From NCBI GenBank assembly GCA_964561945.1, contig CAZLQM010000003.1, positions 1,954 through 65,953 on the forward strand: 64,000 nucleotides of DNA, given 5' to 3'. This DNA is from an uncultured Gammaproteobacteria bacterium (GTDB lineage: Bacteria > Patescibacteriota > Microgenomatia > CAYXHB01). Shown in pieces: positions 10,054 through 19,111 of this stretch (positions within the stretch are counted from its first letter, which is position 1; every line of letters begins with the position of its first letter). The notes beneath the pieces were generated by a model. It saw nothing but the letters and a program-made list of their open reading frames with translations, made no database searches and had not been told where the DNA came from. The position numbers were made by a program, and so were the translations under genes.

Positions 10054-10590
10054 ATGAGCCATGAACCGGATAGTAATTTGGGAGGATTTGTAAAAAATAT
10101 TGCGAAGGATGTAGTGAGTGATTTGGTGTCAATTCCCAAGGAAGCAGCAAGACAAGCTGTGGGTTTGCCAAGTGAGAATTTGGATCACGATAGAGGGATG
10201 GGGAATGGAGATATGGCCCAAGAGAATGAGCGAATTCGTGATGAGTTGGAACAAAAATTAAAATCGTCAGATGAACGGTTGGCCAAATCTCAAGCTGAGT
10301 CAGAAAATTGGGAAAATGAGGCGGTAGAGCGAACGCTTATTTATCAAGACCGTGCAGGTGATAGGGTGGCTAAGGAACAAAGAAATGAGCCTGCGGTTGT
10401 TGGTCCGGCAGTAATTCAGGTACAAGAAAAATTACAACAAACGGCGAATGTGGGAGGTGCAACGCAAGAAAGTCATTTGTTAGCAAAAGAAAATGAAGTG
10501 AAAAAGTCAAATGAAGAGGTGGCACAAGCAGAAAAGGATGAAGTGTATGAATGGTTGTATAAAGCTGTGTGGCAGGGGTATGAAGCTTAA
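10054..10590 (+). CDS. hypothetical coiled-coil protein
   Basis: 178 aa, charged/E-rich. Confidence 0.35.
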   Translation: MSHEPDSNLGGFVKNIAKDVVSDLVSIPKEAARQAVGLPSENLDHDRGMGNGDMAQENERIRDELEQKLKSSDERLAKSQAESENWENEAVERTLIYQDRAGDRVAKEQRNEPAVVGPAVIQVQEKLQQTANVGGATQESHLLAKENEVKKSNEEVAQAEKDEVYEWLYKAVWQGYEA

Positions 10591-10632
10591 GTGATTTCCC
10601 TAATTGGGTAAATGGTTTATGATGGTTGAGTT

Positions 10633-11235
10633 ATGAAAACACCAAGAAGTATATTGCGAGTAAGTGAGGCGTTTGAGCGTTTGCCTGGGATTGGATCTAA
10701 GACAGCTTCAAGACTGGCTTATTATCTTTTGCGAGTGCCTCAGACTCAGTTGGATCAGTTTGCAAGTGCAGTGGTTGCGTTAAAAAAAGATACTCATTTG
10801 TGTAATATTTGTATGAACCTGGATGAGAATGATCCTTGTAGTATTTGTGCAAATAAAAATCGAGATGCAAGTGTAATTTGTGTGGTTGAACAGCCCTTGG
10901 ATATTGTGGCGATTGAAACAACGGGAGTTTATAAGGGTCTGTACCATGTGTTGCATGGAGTGGTTGCTCCGCTTGATCACATTGGACCTGATGAAATTTA
11001 TATTAGCCAATTAGTCCAGAGAGTGAAAACTGGAATTGATGAAGTAATACTTGCACTGAATCCAACGATGGAAGGTGAGGCTACGGCTCTGTATATCCGT
11101 CAAGAAATTGAAAAGATTGGTAATGAAGGCTTGGTGATAACGCGGCTGGCGCAAGGGTTGCCACTGGGGGGAGATGTGGAGTATGCGGATAGTATTACAT
11201 TGGGACGAGCGCTTGAGGGGAGAAGAGGTTATTAG
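10633..11235 (+). CDS. recR: recombination protein RecR
   Basis: N-terminal HhH LPGIGSKTASRLAYYLL; C4 zinc finger CNIC...CSIC; Toprim region. Confidence 0.9.
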   Translation: MKTPRSILRVSEAFERLPGIGSKTASRLAYYLLRVPQTQLDQFASAVVALKKDTHLCNICMNLDENDPCSICANKNRDASVICVVEQPLDIVAIETTGVYKGLYHVLHGVVAPLDHIGPDEIYISQLVQRVKTGIDEVILALNPTMEGEATALYIRQEIEKIGNEGLVITRLAQGLPLGGDVEYADSITLGRALEGRRGY

Positions 11236-11660
11236 TGTGGTATAATGCGTTGATTATGAAGCAAGAAGTGAGAGGTTCAGATGTTCCATATATAAAAAGA
11301 GATCGGGAGTCTGGATTAAATAAAAAAATATATCCTGAAGTCGGGAATCTTCCTGATGCTTGGGCGCGGGCGATAAAGGGATTGGTAGTTGAATTGCCAG
11401 AAACAGAAGAAAGAGAGATTGATGGAGTGGTATATAGGTTTGAAATAAATAAGAATTCTGGAGTTAAACCAGATTATAGTGATGTAAAAACCACTTGGGA
11501 AAGAAAAGGCATAGCACGTCCAAGTCGTGAAGAAATATTTAAGAATACGGTATGCGATCGAGATGGTGGGAGGGTAGCTTTTAATGGTGAGACTTTTAGG
11601 ATAGAGAAAGAAAATCCTGGATTTCATGCACGATGTGCATTGAATGGAAGAGCTAAATAA
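11235..11660 (+). CDS. hypothetical protein
   Basis: 141-aa ORF overlapping the recR stop. Confidence 0.35.
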   Translation: MWYNALIMKQEVRGSDVPYIKRDRESGLNKKIYPEVGNLPDAWARAIKGLVVELPETEEREIDGVVYRFEINKNSGVKPDYSDVKTTWERKGIARPSREEIFKNTVCDRDGGRVAFNGETFRIEKENPGFHARCALNGRAK

Positions 11661-11736
11661 TAATTCGTATTGGATATAGACATTTGGTAGTTTTTGAGGC
11701 AAAATAAGGGGCAATCATGAAAGGAGGTGATTGTTA

Positions 11737-11973
11737 ATGGCAAATAGAATAAGTAGAGAGGGGATTGGCGGTTTGAGTGCAACAGATGTTCGGGCAAGGC
11801 AAGTAGAAGAAGCTCTTAATGCAGGTATGTATGGTCGAGATATAAAAAACGCGACTGTTGGAGTAGACGGGATAACATTTAGAGGAAAAGGAGGAGAAAG
11901 ATTTGCGACGGTAAGCCCAACAAGTTCAACGGGTGAAGTAATATTTAATTCGGATCCAACAAATAGGAGATAG
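11737..11973 (+). CDS. hypothetical small protein
   Basis: AAAGGAGGTGA RBS 9 nt before ATG 11737. Confidence 0.35.
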   Translation: MANRISREGIGGLSATDVRARQVEEALNAGMYGRDIKNATVGVDGITFRGKGGERFATVSPTSSTGEVIFNSDPTNRR

Positions 11974-12049
11974 GGTGCGGGAATTGTTTTTATAAAGGAG
12001 GCTATGCCTCCTTTGCGGTAAAGTTGGTAAAGTATGATAGATTATTAAT

Positions 12050-12484
12050 ATGGGTGATGGAATTAATGGGGTTGGAGATATAGCTAAAGATTTTGTAAAA
12101 CAAATTGGTGATTTGCCTAAGGAAATTGTGGCGGATGTTTCTGATCAGGTGATGGGAACGGATTCTAATCAGAAAGATGTTGAACAGGGACAATCAGATG
12201 GTAATTCGCAAACAGGTGGAACTAAGAGTCAGAATGACTTGGCAACGCAGGCACGGACTGAGGAACTGCGGATGAGATTGAAGTCGATGATTGAAGGGGA
12301 GATTGAGCAACACCATCAGGTAAGGATGGATAATCAAAAACAGCGAGATGAGGATTGGGAAGTGAGGATGGTGCAAGATGAACAAAGAGAACAAGAAGAA
12401 AGAGCAAAAGCTCAGGATCGAGTAGCACAGATGATTTATCAGGAGAGAGCAGGATCCGGAGAAACAGGAAAGAGGAAAGGATAG
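12050..12484 (+). CDS. hypothetical charged (Q/E/D/R-rich) protein
   Basis: 144-aa ORF. Confidence 0.3.
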   Translation: MGDGINGVGDIAKDFVKQIGDLPKEIVADVSDQVMGTDSNQKDVEQGQSDGNSQTGGTKSQNDLATQARTEELRMRLKSMIEGEIEQHHQVRMDNQKQRDEDWEVRMVQDEQREQEERAKAQDRVAQMIYQERAGSGETGKRKG

Positions 12485-12565
12485 TCATGTTTGACAAAGA
12501 AGTGAGTATCGCTAACAATAGCGATTAATTAAAGTGAGTTTTTTATGTCACAACAATAAAATAAT

Positions 12566-13309
12566 ATGGAGATTTATGCATTAGATTTGAATAAAATAAA
12601 AGACAAGAAAATAGTTGTATTTGGAGTTCATGGAGATGATTGGTTGGAAATTAGTGGGACGCTTAATCAATTATCGCAAGGAAATGAAGTAATTGGAGTT
12701 GTGAGTAGCGATGGACGAATGGAAGGGCATGAATTTGAGATAAATGGAGATGAATTTGTAACTAAAAAAATAGAAGAGACACGGAAGTACATTGAGAAAC
12801 TGGGAATGAAAAAATGTTTGTTTTGGATGTATCCAGATTGGGATTTGGTAAATCGTAAGAATCATATAACTAAAAAGATTGTTAAATTAATGCTTAAAGA
12901 ACGACCTGACATGGTTATAAATCTCGATCCATGGGGCAAATACGAAGGTTATGAATTGCCTGATGGGCGGGTGTTGGCGTGGTTGGTGATGGAGGGGGTT
13001 AAGTTATCTATGAGTCCTCGATGGGTGCAGTTGCATCGATTGGGGAGGCGAATGTTGCAACCTGAGCCACAGATGTGGTTGATGAATCCTAATCAAGTTA
13101 ACGCGGTAGTCGACGTGAGTGATAAGTGGGACACGTTAAGGGGATTGTTAGAATTATTTGAGTCAAAATTTGATGAGTATGTATCTAAAGATAAATTTCT
13201 CAAAAAATGGGACGAGAAGAGTGAATCGAATGGGAAGTTGATTGATGCATTGAAGGGTGAGGTTTTTCGGATAATGAATTATGAAAATGAATGGAATGAA
13301 GATAAGTAA
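12566..13309 (+). CDS. hypothetical protein (weak PIG-L/LmbE-like deacetylase resemblance)
   Basis: 247 aa; N-terminal VVFGVHGDDWLEISGT resembles the AHPDDE motif region of LmbE-like enzymes. Confidence 0.3.
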   Translation: MEIYALDLNKIKDKKIVVFGVHGDDWLEISGTLNQLSQGNEVIGVVSSDGRMEGHEFEINGDEFVTKKIEETRKYIEKLGMKKCLFWMYPDWDLVNRKNHITKKIVKLMLKERPDMVINLDPWGKYEGYELPDGRVLAWLVMEGVKLSMSPRWVQLHRLGRRMLQPEPQMWLMNPNQVNAVVDVSDKWDTLRGLLELFESKFDEYVSKDKFLKKWDEKSESNGKLIDALKGEVFRIMNYENEWNEDK

Positions 13310-13311
13310 AT

Positions 13312-14721
13312 ATGAAGTTATTTAATTCATTGAATCGCCAAGTTGAAGAATTGGAAATGGGTGATGGAGAAATGGGAGTTTATACTTGTGGTCCGACTGT
13401 TTATAGTTATGTGACAATTGGTAATTGGCGGACTTATACGCTTGGGGATTTGGTCGTACGTGTTTTACGAATGAATGGAAAGGAAGTTAATTATGTGATG
13501 AATATTACTGATGTGGGGCATTTGACTGGTGATAATTTGGGTGATGCGAATACGGGTGAGGATCGACTGGAGAAGGCGGCAATTAAGGAAAATAAAACAG
13601 CTTGGGATGTGGCAGCTCATTACACGAATGATTTCCTTTATTGGTATGAGAAGCTTAATTTGAGTAAACCGAGTGTTTTTTGTAAGGCTACGGATTATAT
13701 TGAGGAGCAGATTAATCTAATAAAACAATTGGAGGAGCGAGGATTGACTTATTTAATTGGAGATGGGGTTTATTTCGATGTGCGCAAGTATGAAGAGATG
13801 GGGTTTGAATACGGTAAGTTATCGACATTGGATCAGATTCAGGCTGGAGCTCGAGTTGAGGTTAATCAGGAGAAAAAAGATGCGCGTGATTTTGCGTTAT
13901 GGAAATTTTCGCAAGCTGAAGAAAAGAGACACATGGAATGGGATAGTCCTTGGGGGAAAGGGTTTCCTGGGTGGCATATTGAGTGCAGTGCGATGAGTAT
14001 GAAGTATTTGGGTGAGCAGTTTGAGGTTCATGTGGGTGGTGAGGATTTGCGTAGTACGCATCACCCTAATGAAATTGCTCAGTCGCAGGGTGCGACGGGG
14101 AAAGAACCTTTTGTGAAGTATTGGGTGCATGGAGCTTTTCTTTTAGTTGATGGAGGGCGAATGGGGAAGAGTCTGGGTAATGCTTATAATATGGTTGATG
14201 TGGTGGATCGTGGTTATGATCCGTTGGCTTTGAGATATTTTTATTTTACTGGTCATTACCGTAAGCAATTGAATTTTAGTTGGGATGGGTTATCGGCCTC
14301 TGCGACTACCTTGCGTAGATTAAGAGAAAAAATAGCAGAGTTGCGAAAGGGGAACTTGGAGATGAAAGAAAATTTTAAAGGTCAGTTGGAGGAGTGGAAT
14401 CAAAAATTTATGAGTGCTGTAAACGATGATTTGGATATGCCTAGGGCAATTGCGATTGTATGGGATCTGGTGAGGTCTGATGAGGTGGCGAGTGTTAAAT
14501 ATGAATTGGTGGTTAATAATTGGGATAAAGTATTAGGTTTGGATTTGGACAAGGAAATGGTGATAGAGATTGATAGTGTGGTTGAGGAGTTGGTGAAAAA
14601 ACGTGACGAGGCGCGGGTGAATAAAGATTGGCAAAAGTCTGATGCGATTAGAGATCAATTGATGGAGTTGGGATATGAAGTTGAGGATGGGGCGGAAGGG
14701 ACGAGAGTGGTTAAGAAGTAG
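13312..14721 (+). CDS. cysS: cysteine--tRNA ligase
   Basis: 469 aa; class I aaRS; RMGKSLGN (KMSKS-type) motif; Zn-binding Cys/His near active site. Confidence 0.9.
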   Translation: MKLFNSLNRQVEELEMGDGEMGVYTCGPTVYSYVTIGNWRTYTLGDLVVRVLRMNGKEVNYVMNITDVGHLTGDNLGDANTGEDRLEKAAIKENKTAWDVAAHYTNDFLYWYEKLNLSKPSVFCKATDYIEEQINLIKQLEERGLTYLIGDGVYFDVRKYEEMGFEYGKLSTLDQIQAGARVEVNQEKKDARDFALWKFSQAEEKRHMEWDSPWGKGFPGWHIECSAMSMKYLGEQFEVHVGGEDLRSTHHPNEIAQSQGATGKEPFVKYWVHGAFLLVDGGRMGKSLGNAYNMVDVVDRGYDPLALRYFYFTGHYRKQLNFSWDGLSASATTLRRLREKIAELRKGNLEMKENFKGQLEEWNQKFMSAVNDDLDMPRAIAIVWDLVRSDEVASVKYELVVNNWDKVLGLDLDKEMVIEIDSVVEELVKKRDEARVNKDWQKSDAIRDQLMELGYEVEDGAEGTRVVKK

Positions 14722-15664
14722 TTTGGGCGGATTGGAGATTGCGGTAGTAGTTGAGGGTGTCAGTTAGTGTTTGAACAAGAGGAATATGGGGTTGCCAGTT
14801 AGTGGCTTGGCGGAATTTGGCGCTGTTACCAATAGCAATGGGAATGTCGATGGGGCGGAGTTTGTTAGGATCTTGATGGATGGAAAGGTCAACGGTTGAG
14901 AGATGGGTAAGTTGGGTGAAGATGTCTTGAATAGCAATGCCGTGGTCGCTTGAGATGTTATAAACTTCTCCTTGGGGCAAATTAGAAGTCAGAGCTAGGT
15001 AGTAAGCACGGACCATGTCACGGACATCTGTATAATCACGAATAGAGGTGAGATTGCCGACTGATATTTGATTGGTCGTAGCAGGAGTTTGTTCGATTGT
15101 GACAATTTGAGAAGCCATGTCAGGGACAAAGAAGCCTGTAGATTGTCCTGGGCCGGCGTGGGGAAAGGGACGAAGAATTGTAACGTTGAGATTATGGCTG
15201 TATGAAAATTGGTAGCTGAGTCGATCGGCAGAGAGTTTGCTAACGGCGTAGGTGTTGATAGGATTGAGGCTTGATGATTCGTCGATACTTGAAGAATTGT
15301 TGGTTTGGCCATAGACCTCAGAGGAGCTAACGTAGATGATTTTGGGTGAATAGGATTTTTGGTTGAGGATTGATTGGTAGATGTTGAGAGTGCCTGTGAG
15401 ATTGGTCTGGAAGAGTTTGGTAACATCGGTATTCCACGATTGAGAAACAGCAGCTAAGTGAATGATAAATTCAGGTTTGTGAGCGGTGATAATTGAATTG
15501 ATTGCTTGGGAATCTGTGATATCACACTCAAGATATGTAATGGGATGAGGTTTGGTTTGGGGAGTTTGGAGAACGAGACCAATTATTTGATATTCGGGAA
15601 TAAGCAAAGGAATTAAGTGATTGGCAACGAAACCGAGTGCGCCTGTGATTAGTACTTTGGGCAT
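14711..15664 (-). CDS. NAD-dependent epimerase/dehydratase, likely GDP-4-keto-6-deoxy-D-mannose reductase/epimerase partner of Gmd
   Basis: N-terminal ITGALGFVANHL Rossmann motif; immediately downstream of gmd in the same operon. Confidence 0.7.
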   Translation of the reverse strand: MPKVLITGALGFVANHLIPLLIPEYQIIGLVLQTPQTKPHPITYLECDITDSQAINSIITAHKPEFIIHLAAVSQSWNTDVTKLFQTNLTGTLNIYQSILNQKSYSPKIIYVSSSEVYGQTNNSSSIDESSSLNPINTYAVSKLSADRLSYQFSYSHNLNVTILRPFPHAGPGQSTGFFVPDMASQIVTIEQTPATTNQISVGNLTSIRDYTDVRDMVRAYYLALTSNLPQGEVYNISSDHGIAIQDIFTQLTHLSTVDLSIHQDPNKLRPIDIPIAIGNSAKFRQATNWQPHIPLVQTLTDTLNYYRNLQSAQTTS

Positions 15665-15666
15665 GA

Positions 15667-16674
15667 TTAAGTAAATCTTTTGAGATCTTCATCGACCATC
15701 AATTTGATCAAATCCGCAAAAGATGTACGAGGTTCCCAACCAAGTTCTTTCTTGGCTAGTGAATAGTCGCCGGTGAGTTCTTTGATTTCGGTGGGACGTT
15801 TGAGGTCGTTATCGGAGATGACGTAGTCTTGGTAATTGAGCCCTACGTGGTCAAAGGCAATCTGACAAGCATCGCGGACACTGTAGGCGCGTTTGGTGCC
15901 GATAACGTAGTCCTTGGGTTCTTTTTGTTGGAGCATGAGCCACATGGCTTCGACGTATTCTTTGGCGTAACCCCAGTCGCGCATAGCATCAAGGTTGCCA
16001 AGGTGGAGTTTGTAATCGGGAGTAACAAGCAGGTGCCCAAGTTCGTTGATGGGGATGTTTTTGGATTTGTTTCTGATGATGGCAGCCCCTGCTGTGATTT
16101 TGCGGGTGACGAAGTGGAGTCCACGGCGTGGGCTTTCGTGGTTAAACAAAATACCTGCGCAAGCAAACATATTGTATGATTCGCGGTAGCAACGGATCAT
16201 CATATGAGCATAGGCTTTGGCGATGCCGTAGGGATTATTAGCGTCTATAGGTGTAGACTCGTTAGCGAAGGGGGCTTGGATGTTGCCAAAGATTTCGCGA
16301 GTGGAGGCTTGGTAGACACGGGCACGAGGAGCAAGGTGGCGAACTCCTTCGAGGACACGGACAACGCCCAAGGCGGTGACCTCGCCTGTGTAATAAGGAT
16401 GGTTCCAGCTGTCAGCTGGAACTGATTGGGCAGCAAGGTTGTAGATTTCATCAGGTTGGAAAGTGCGTAAGATGTGGTTGATTGTTTCGGAATCAGTGAG
16501 ATCGGCAGCTACGAGGTCAATCTTGCCTAGGAGGTGAGCGATGTTTTCTTTGTAATTGATGCCGGAGCTACGGCGAATAGTGCCTGTGACGTGGTAGTTT
16601 TTTTGAAGTAATAGATCAGCTAAATATGATCCATCTTGAGAAGTTGCACCAATAATGAGAGCTTTTTTTGCCAT
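15667..16674 (-). CDS. gmd: GDP-mannose 4,6-dehydratase
   Basis: MAKKALIIGATSQDGSYLADLLLQKNYHV canonical Gmd N-terminus; 335 aa. Confidence 0.9.
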   Translation of the reverse strand: MAKKALIIGATSQDGSYLADLLLQKNYHVTGTIRRSSGINYKENIAHLLGKIDLVAADLTDSETINHILRTFQPDEIYNLAAQSVPADSWNHPYYTGEVTALGVVRVLEGVRHLAPRARVYQASTREIFGNIQAPFANESTPIDANNPYGIAKAYAHMMIRCYRESYNMFACAGILFNHESPRRGLHFVTRKITAGAAIIRNKSKNIPINELGHLLVTPDYKLHLGNLDAMRDWGYAKEYVEAMWLMLQQKEPKDYVIGTKRAYSVRDACQIAFDHVGLNYQDYVISDNDLKRPTEIKELTGDYSLAKKELGWEPRTSFADLIKLMVDEDLKRFT

Positions 16675-16735
16675 GAAATTATTGGTTTACCTTAGCATAT
16701 GCAAACTTATATTGGCAAATGAACGATCTAAAGAC

Positions 16736-16765
16736 TTTGACTGGTACTTAAATAAGACTTATAAT
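16736..16765 (+). promoter_or_regulatory. near-consensus sigma70-type promoter TTGACT-N17-TATAAT
   Basis: TTGACT (16736-41) and TATAAT (16760-65) with a 17-nt spacer, followed by AAGGAG RBS and ATG 16827. Confidence 0.55.
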
Positions 16766-16826
16766 ATGCGCAAGGGTTCAACAGCTGTTGAGCTTATCAG
16801 TAAGAACGTTGACAAGGAGAACTGGA

Positions 16827-17069
16827 ATGGCAAAAAAGCTGGATAATGAGCAATGCAGTGCATGGGTAATTATGCATATTGGTGAGGCGGGCGCATTACT
16901 TCCCTGCCGTACTTGGGGGAATGGAAAATGTCTTTTGGAAGCAAGACGTGAAGCAGGCATAGATGCGGATGTTCACCATGGTGAATGTTTGGGCGATACA
17001 GATGACGGTCCGCTTCCGGTGCAGGAGACTCGGAAAGCTTTTGATTGGCCATGGAGACGTAAAAGTTAG
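16827..17069 (+). CDS. small Cys-containing hypothetical protein (80 aa) in its own transcription unit
   Basis: strong promoter, AAGGAG RBS 8 nt before ATG, intrinsic terminator downstream; locally elevated GC. Confidence 0.4.
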   Translation: MAKKLDNEQCSAWVIMHIGEAGALLPCRTWGNGKCLLEARREAGIDADVHHGECLGDTDDGPLPVQETRKAFDWPWRRKS

Positions 17070-17084
17070 TTACGGTTTTACTGG

Positions 17085-17120
17085 TACCCCCCCGTTTCTT
17101 GTGAGACGGGGGGATTTTTT
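17085..17120 (+). terminator. rho-independent terminator (CCCCCCG...CGGGGGG stem followed by a T-run)
   Basis: 7-bp GC stem, ~12-nt loop, then ATTTTTTTGTT. Confidence 0.6.
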
Positions 17121-17122
17121 TG

Positions 17123-18319
17123 TTAATCTTTTTTGTAATATTTTTTGTTTTTAAGTTGGTCGGGGAGATATGATTTGGCATCATACATTTGGTAGCCTTT
17201 GCCGTAATCAAGATCCTTCATGAGTTTGGTAGGAGCATTACGGAGATGTAATGGAATAGGCAGGTTAGCAAATGTTTGGACGTCGTTGACAGCTTGGGAA
17301 TATGCATTATATGAACTGCGGTCTTTGGGTGATTGACACATATAAACCACAGCATGTGCGAGATTGATGGCACATTCGGGATAGCCAATAATTTCGCAAG
17401 ATCGGAAGACTTGGTTGGCAAGCAGGAGGGCATTTGAATTGGCAATGCCGATATCTTCAGATGCAAAAATAACGATGCGTCGGGCGATAAAAAGTGGATC
17501 TTCGCCTGCTTCGACCATGCGAGCAAGATAATAAAGAGCTGCATCGGTTTGGGAGGCGCGCATGGATTTGATGAAGGCACTGATTGTGTTGTAGTGTTCG
17601 TCGCCTTGGCGATCGTAGTAGAGAGACTCACGTTGAGCAGCTTCTAGGATATCTGATTTGGTTATCTTGTGTTTGTTGTTAGCAAGTTCATGGGCGAGTT
17701 CGAGGATGTTAAGAGCTGTTCGAGCGTCTTGGTTAGCAAGGGAGATGATAAGGTTAGTGTCTTGGGCGGTGAGAGTTTTGGGAGGTAAGCCTAGGCCTTG
17801 GAGTTTGTTGGTAAGTGCAGTTTGGATAAGTTGAGCTAAAGGTTCTTCGGTGAGAGGTTTGAGGGTGAGGACGCGACAACGGGAGAGTAGGGCGTTATTG
17901 ATTTGGAAGCTGGGATTTTCTGTGGTAGCTCCGATGAGGATTAGAGTTCCTGATTCGACGTGTGGTAAGAGATAATCTTGTTGGGATTTGTTGAAGCGGT
18001 GGATTTCGTCGACGAAAAGGATGGTAAGTTGATTAGAGGTTTGGCTACTGGCTACGGCTTGGCGGATGTCTTTGACGCCAGAAGTTACAGCTGAGAGGTG
18101 AATTAGATTGCCGTTGAGACTGCGAGCTAAGATCCAAGCTAGAGTGGTTTTGCCGGTGCCCGGCGGTCCCCAGAAAATGAGGGAAATAGGTTTTGAGCTA
18201 TGGATGATGGAGTGAAGGATTTTGCCTGGGGCGGTGAGATGGTCCTGACCAAGAACTTGGTCAAGAGTTTGGGGGCGCATGCGATCAGCTAGAGGTGTGT
18301 AGGTGTTTGTGGTTTGCAT
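17123..18319 (-). CDS. rarA: replication-associated recombination protein A (AAA+ ATPase)
   Basis: Walker A FWGPPGTGKTTLA; RarA/MgsA C-terminal domain. Confidence 0.85.
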   Translation of the reverse strand: MQTTNTYTPLADRMRPQTLDQVLGQDHLTAPGKILHSIIHSSKPISLIFWGPPGTGKTTLAWILARSLNGNLIHLSAVTSGVKDIRQAVASSQTSNQLTILFVDEIHRFNKSQQDYLLPHVESGTLILIGATTENPSFQINNALLSRCRVLTLKPLTEEPLAQLIQTALTNKLQGLGLPPKTLTAQDTNLIISLANQDARTALNILELAHELANNKHKITKSDILEAAQRESLYYDRQGDEHYNTISAFIKSMRASQTDAALYYLARMVEAGEDPLFIARRIVIFASEDIGIANSNALLLANQVFRSCEIIGYPECAINLAHAVVYMCQSPKDRSSYNAYSQAVNDVQTFANLPIPLHLRNAPTKLMKDLDYGKGYQMYDAKSYLPDQLKNKKYYKKD

Positions 18320-18348
18320 TATTTGATTAAGCTGATTATATTTGAATT

Positions 18349-18744
18349 ATGGCTCATAAGATATTAGTAGTAGAAGATGAGGCTTTATTAGGTCAAAGTG
18401 TACAGGAAGTGTTGGAGGAGAGTGGATTTGACGTATCTTGGGCTAGGGATGGAGTGGAAACTTGGCGTAAATTGAAAGAGATGGATGAAGTTGATTTGAT
18501 TTTACTCGATATTATGCTACCTGGAGATGAGGATGGATATGCAATTTTGCGTAGGCTGAAGATGAATAATAGTGAGTACAAAGATGCACTGGTGGTGATG
18601 ATGACGAACTTGGGTCAGATTGGAGAGATGGATCGTGCTATGGAATTGGGGGCTGATGATTATGTTATTAAGGCAAATGTAGATTTAGATAGACTGGTAG
18701 ATTTGGTTAAAGAAAAATTAGCGATTGTGAAGGCAAAGAGGTAG
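18349..18744 (+). CDS. stand-alone response regulator receiver domain (CheY-like)
   Basis: 131 aa; LVVEDE...LDIMLPGDEDG...K receiver motifs; no output domain. Confidence 0.75.
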   Translation: MAHKILVVEDEALLGQSVQEVLEESGFDVSWARDGVETWRKLKEMDEVDLILLDIMLPGDEDGYAILRRLKMNNSEYKDALVVMMTNLGQIGEMDRAMELGADDYVIKANVDLDRLVDLVKEKLAIVKAKR

Positions 18745-18774
18745 ATTGAAGATGGGTTGTGGTTGTGATATATT

Positions 18775-19083
18775 TTGGGCATGAGTATGCATGACGAAGA
18801 GGATTCAATGTCTAATTTTGTTGGGGGTATTGCGATGGCAATATTAGATGAAAATATAAAAAATGGTGGAACTTTATATATTCCTTCGATGGGGATTAGG
18901 ATAAATAATCAAATGGGTTGGAAAGTAGATGAAGAAGGGAAAATATGGGGGACGAGTGATTCGGTTACTTTTGAAGTTACTGATCGTAATGATTTACGGC
19001 TTAAGGGTGAGGCTACTGATGAAGTGATTGAGTATGAACGGTTGAGAAGTATTGAAAGAAATAGGATAGAAAAGGATAAATAG
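18775..19083 (+). CDS. hypothetical protein
   Basis: 102-aa ORF. Confidence 0.3.
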   Translation: MGMSMHDEEDSMSNFVGGIAMAILDENIKNGGTLYIPSMGIRINNQMGWKVDEEGKIWGTSDSVTFEVTDRNDLRLKGEATDEVIEYERLRSIERNRIEKDK

Positions 19084-19111
19084 GAGGTGAAGGAATTTTG
19101 GATTTATTTGG

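Noticed and set aside
16772-17120. tmRNA or RNase P RNA in the promoter-to-terminator unit
   Set aside because: No tRNA-like 3' end (no TTCGA-type T-arm or CCA), no tag-peptide frame ending in ALAA-like residues, and none of the RNase P P4/CR motifs.
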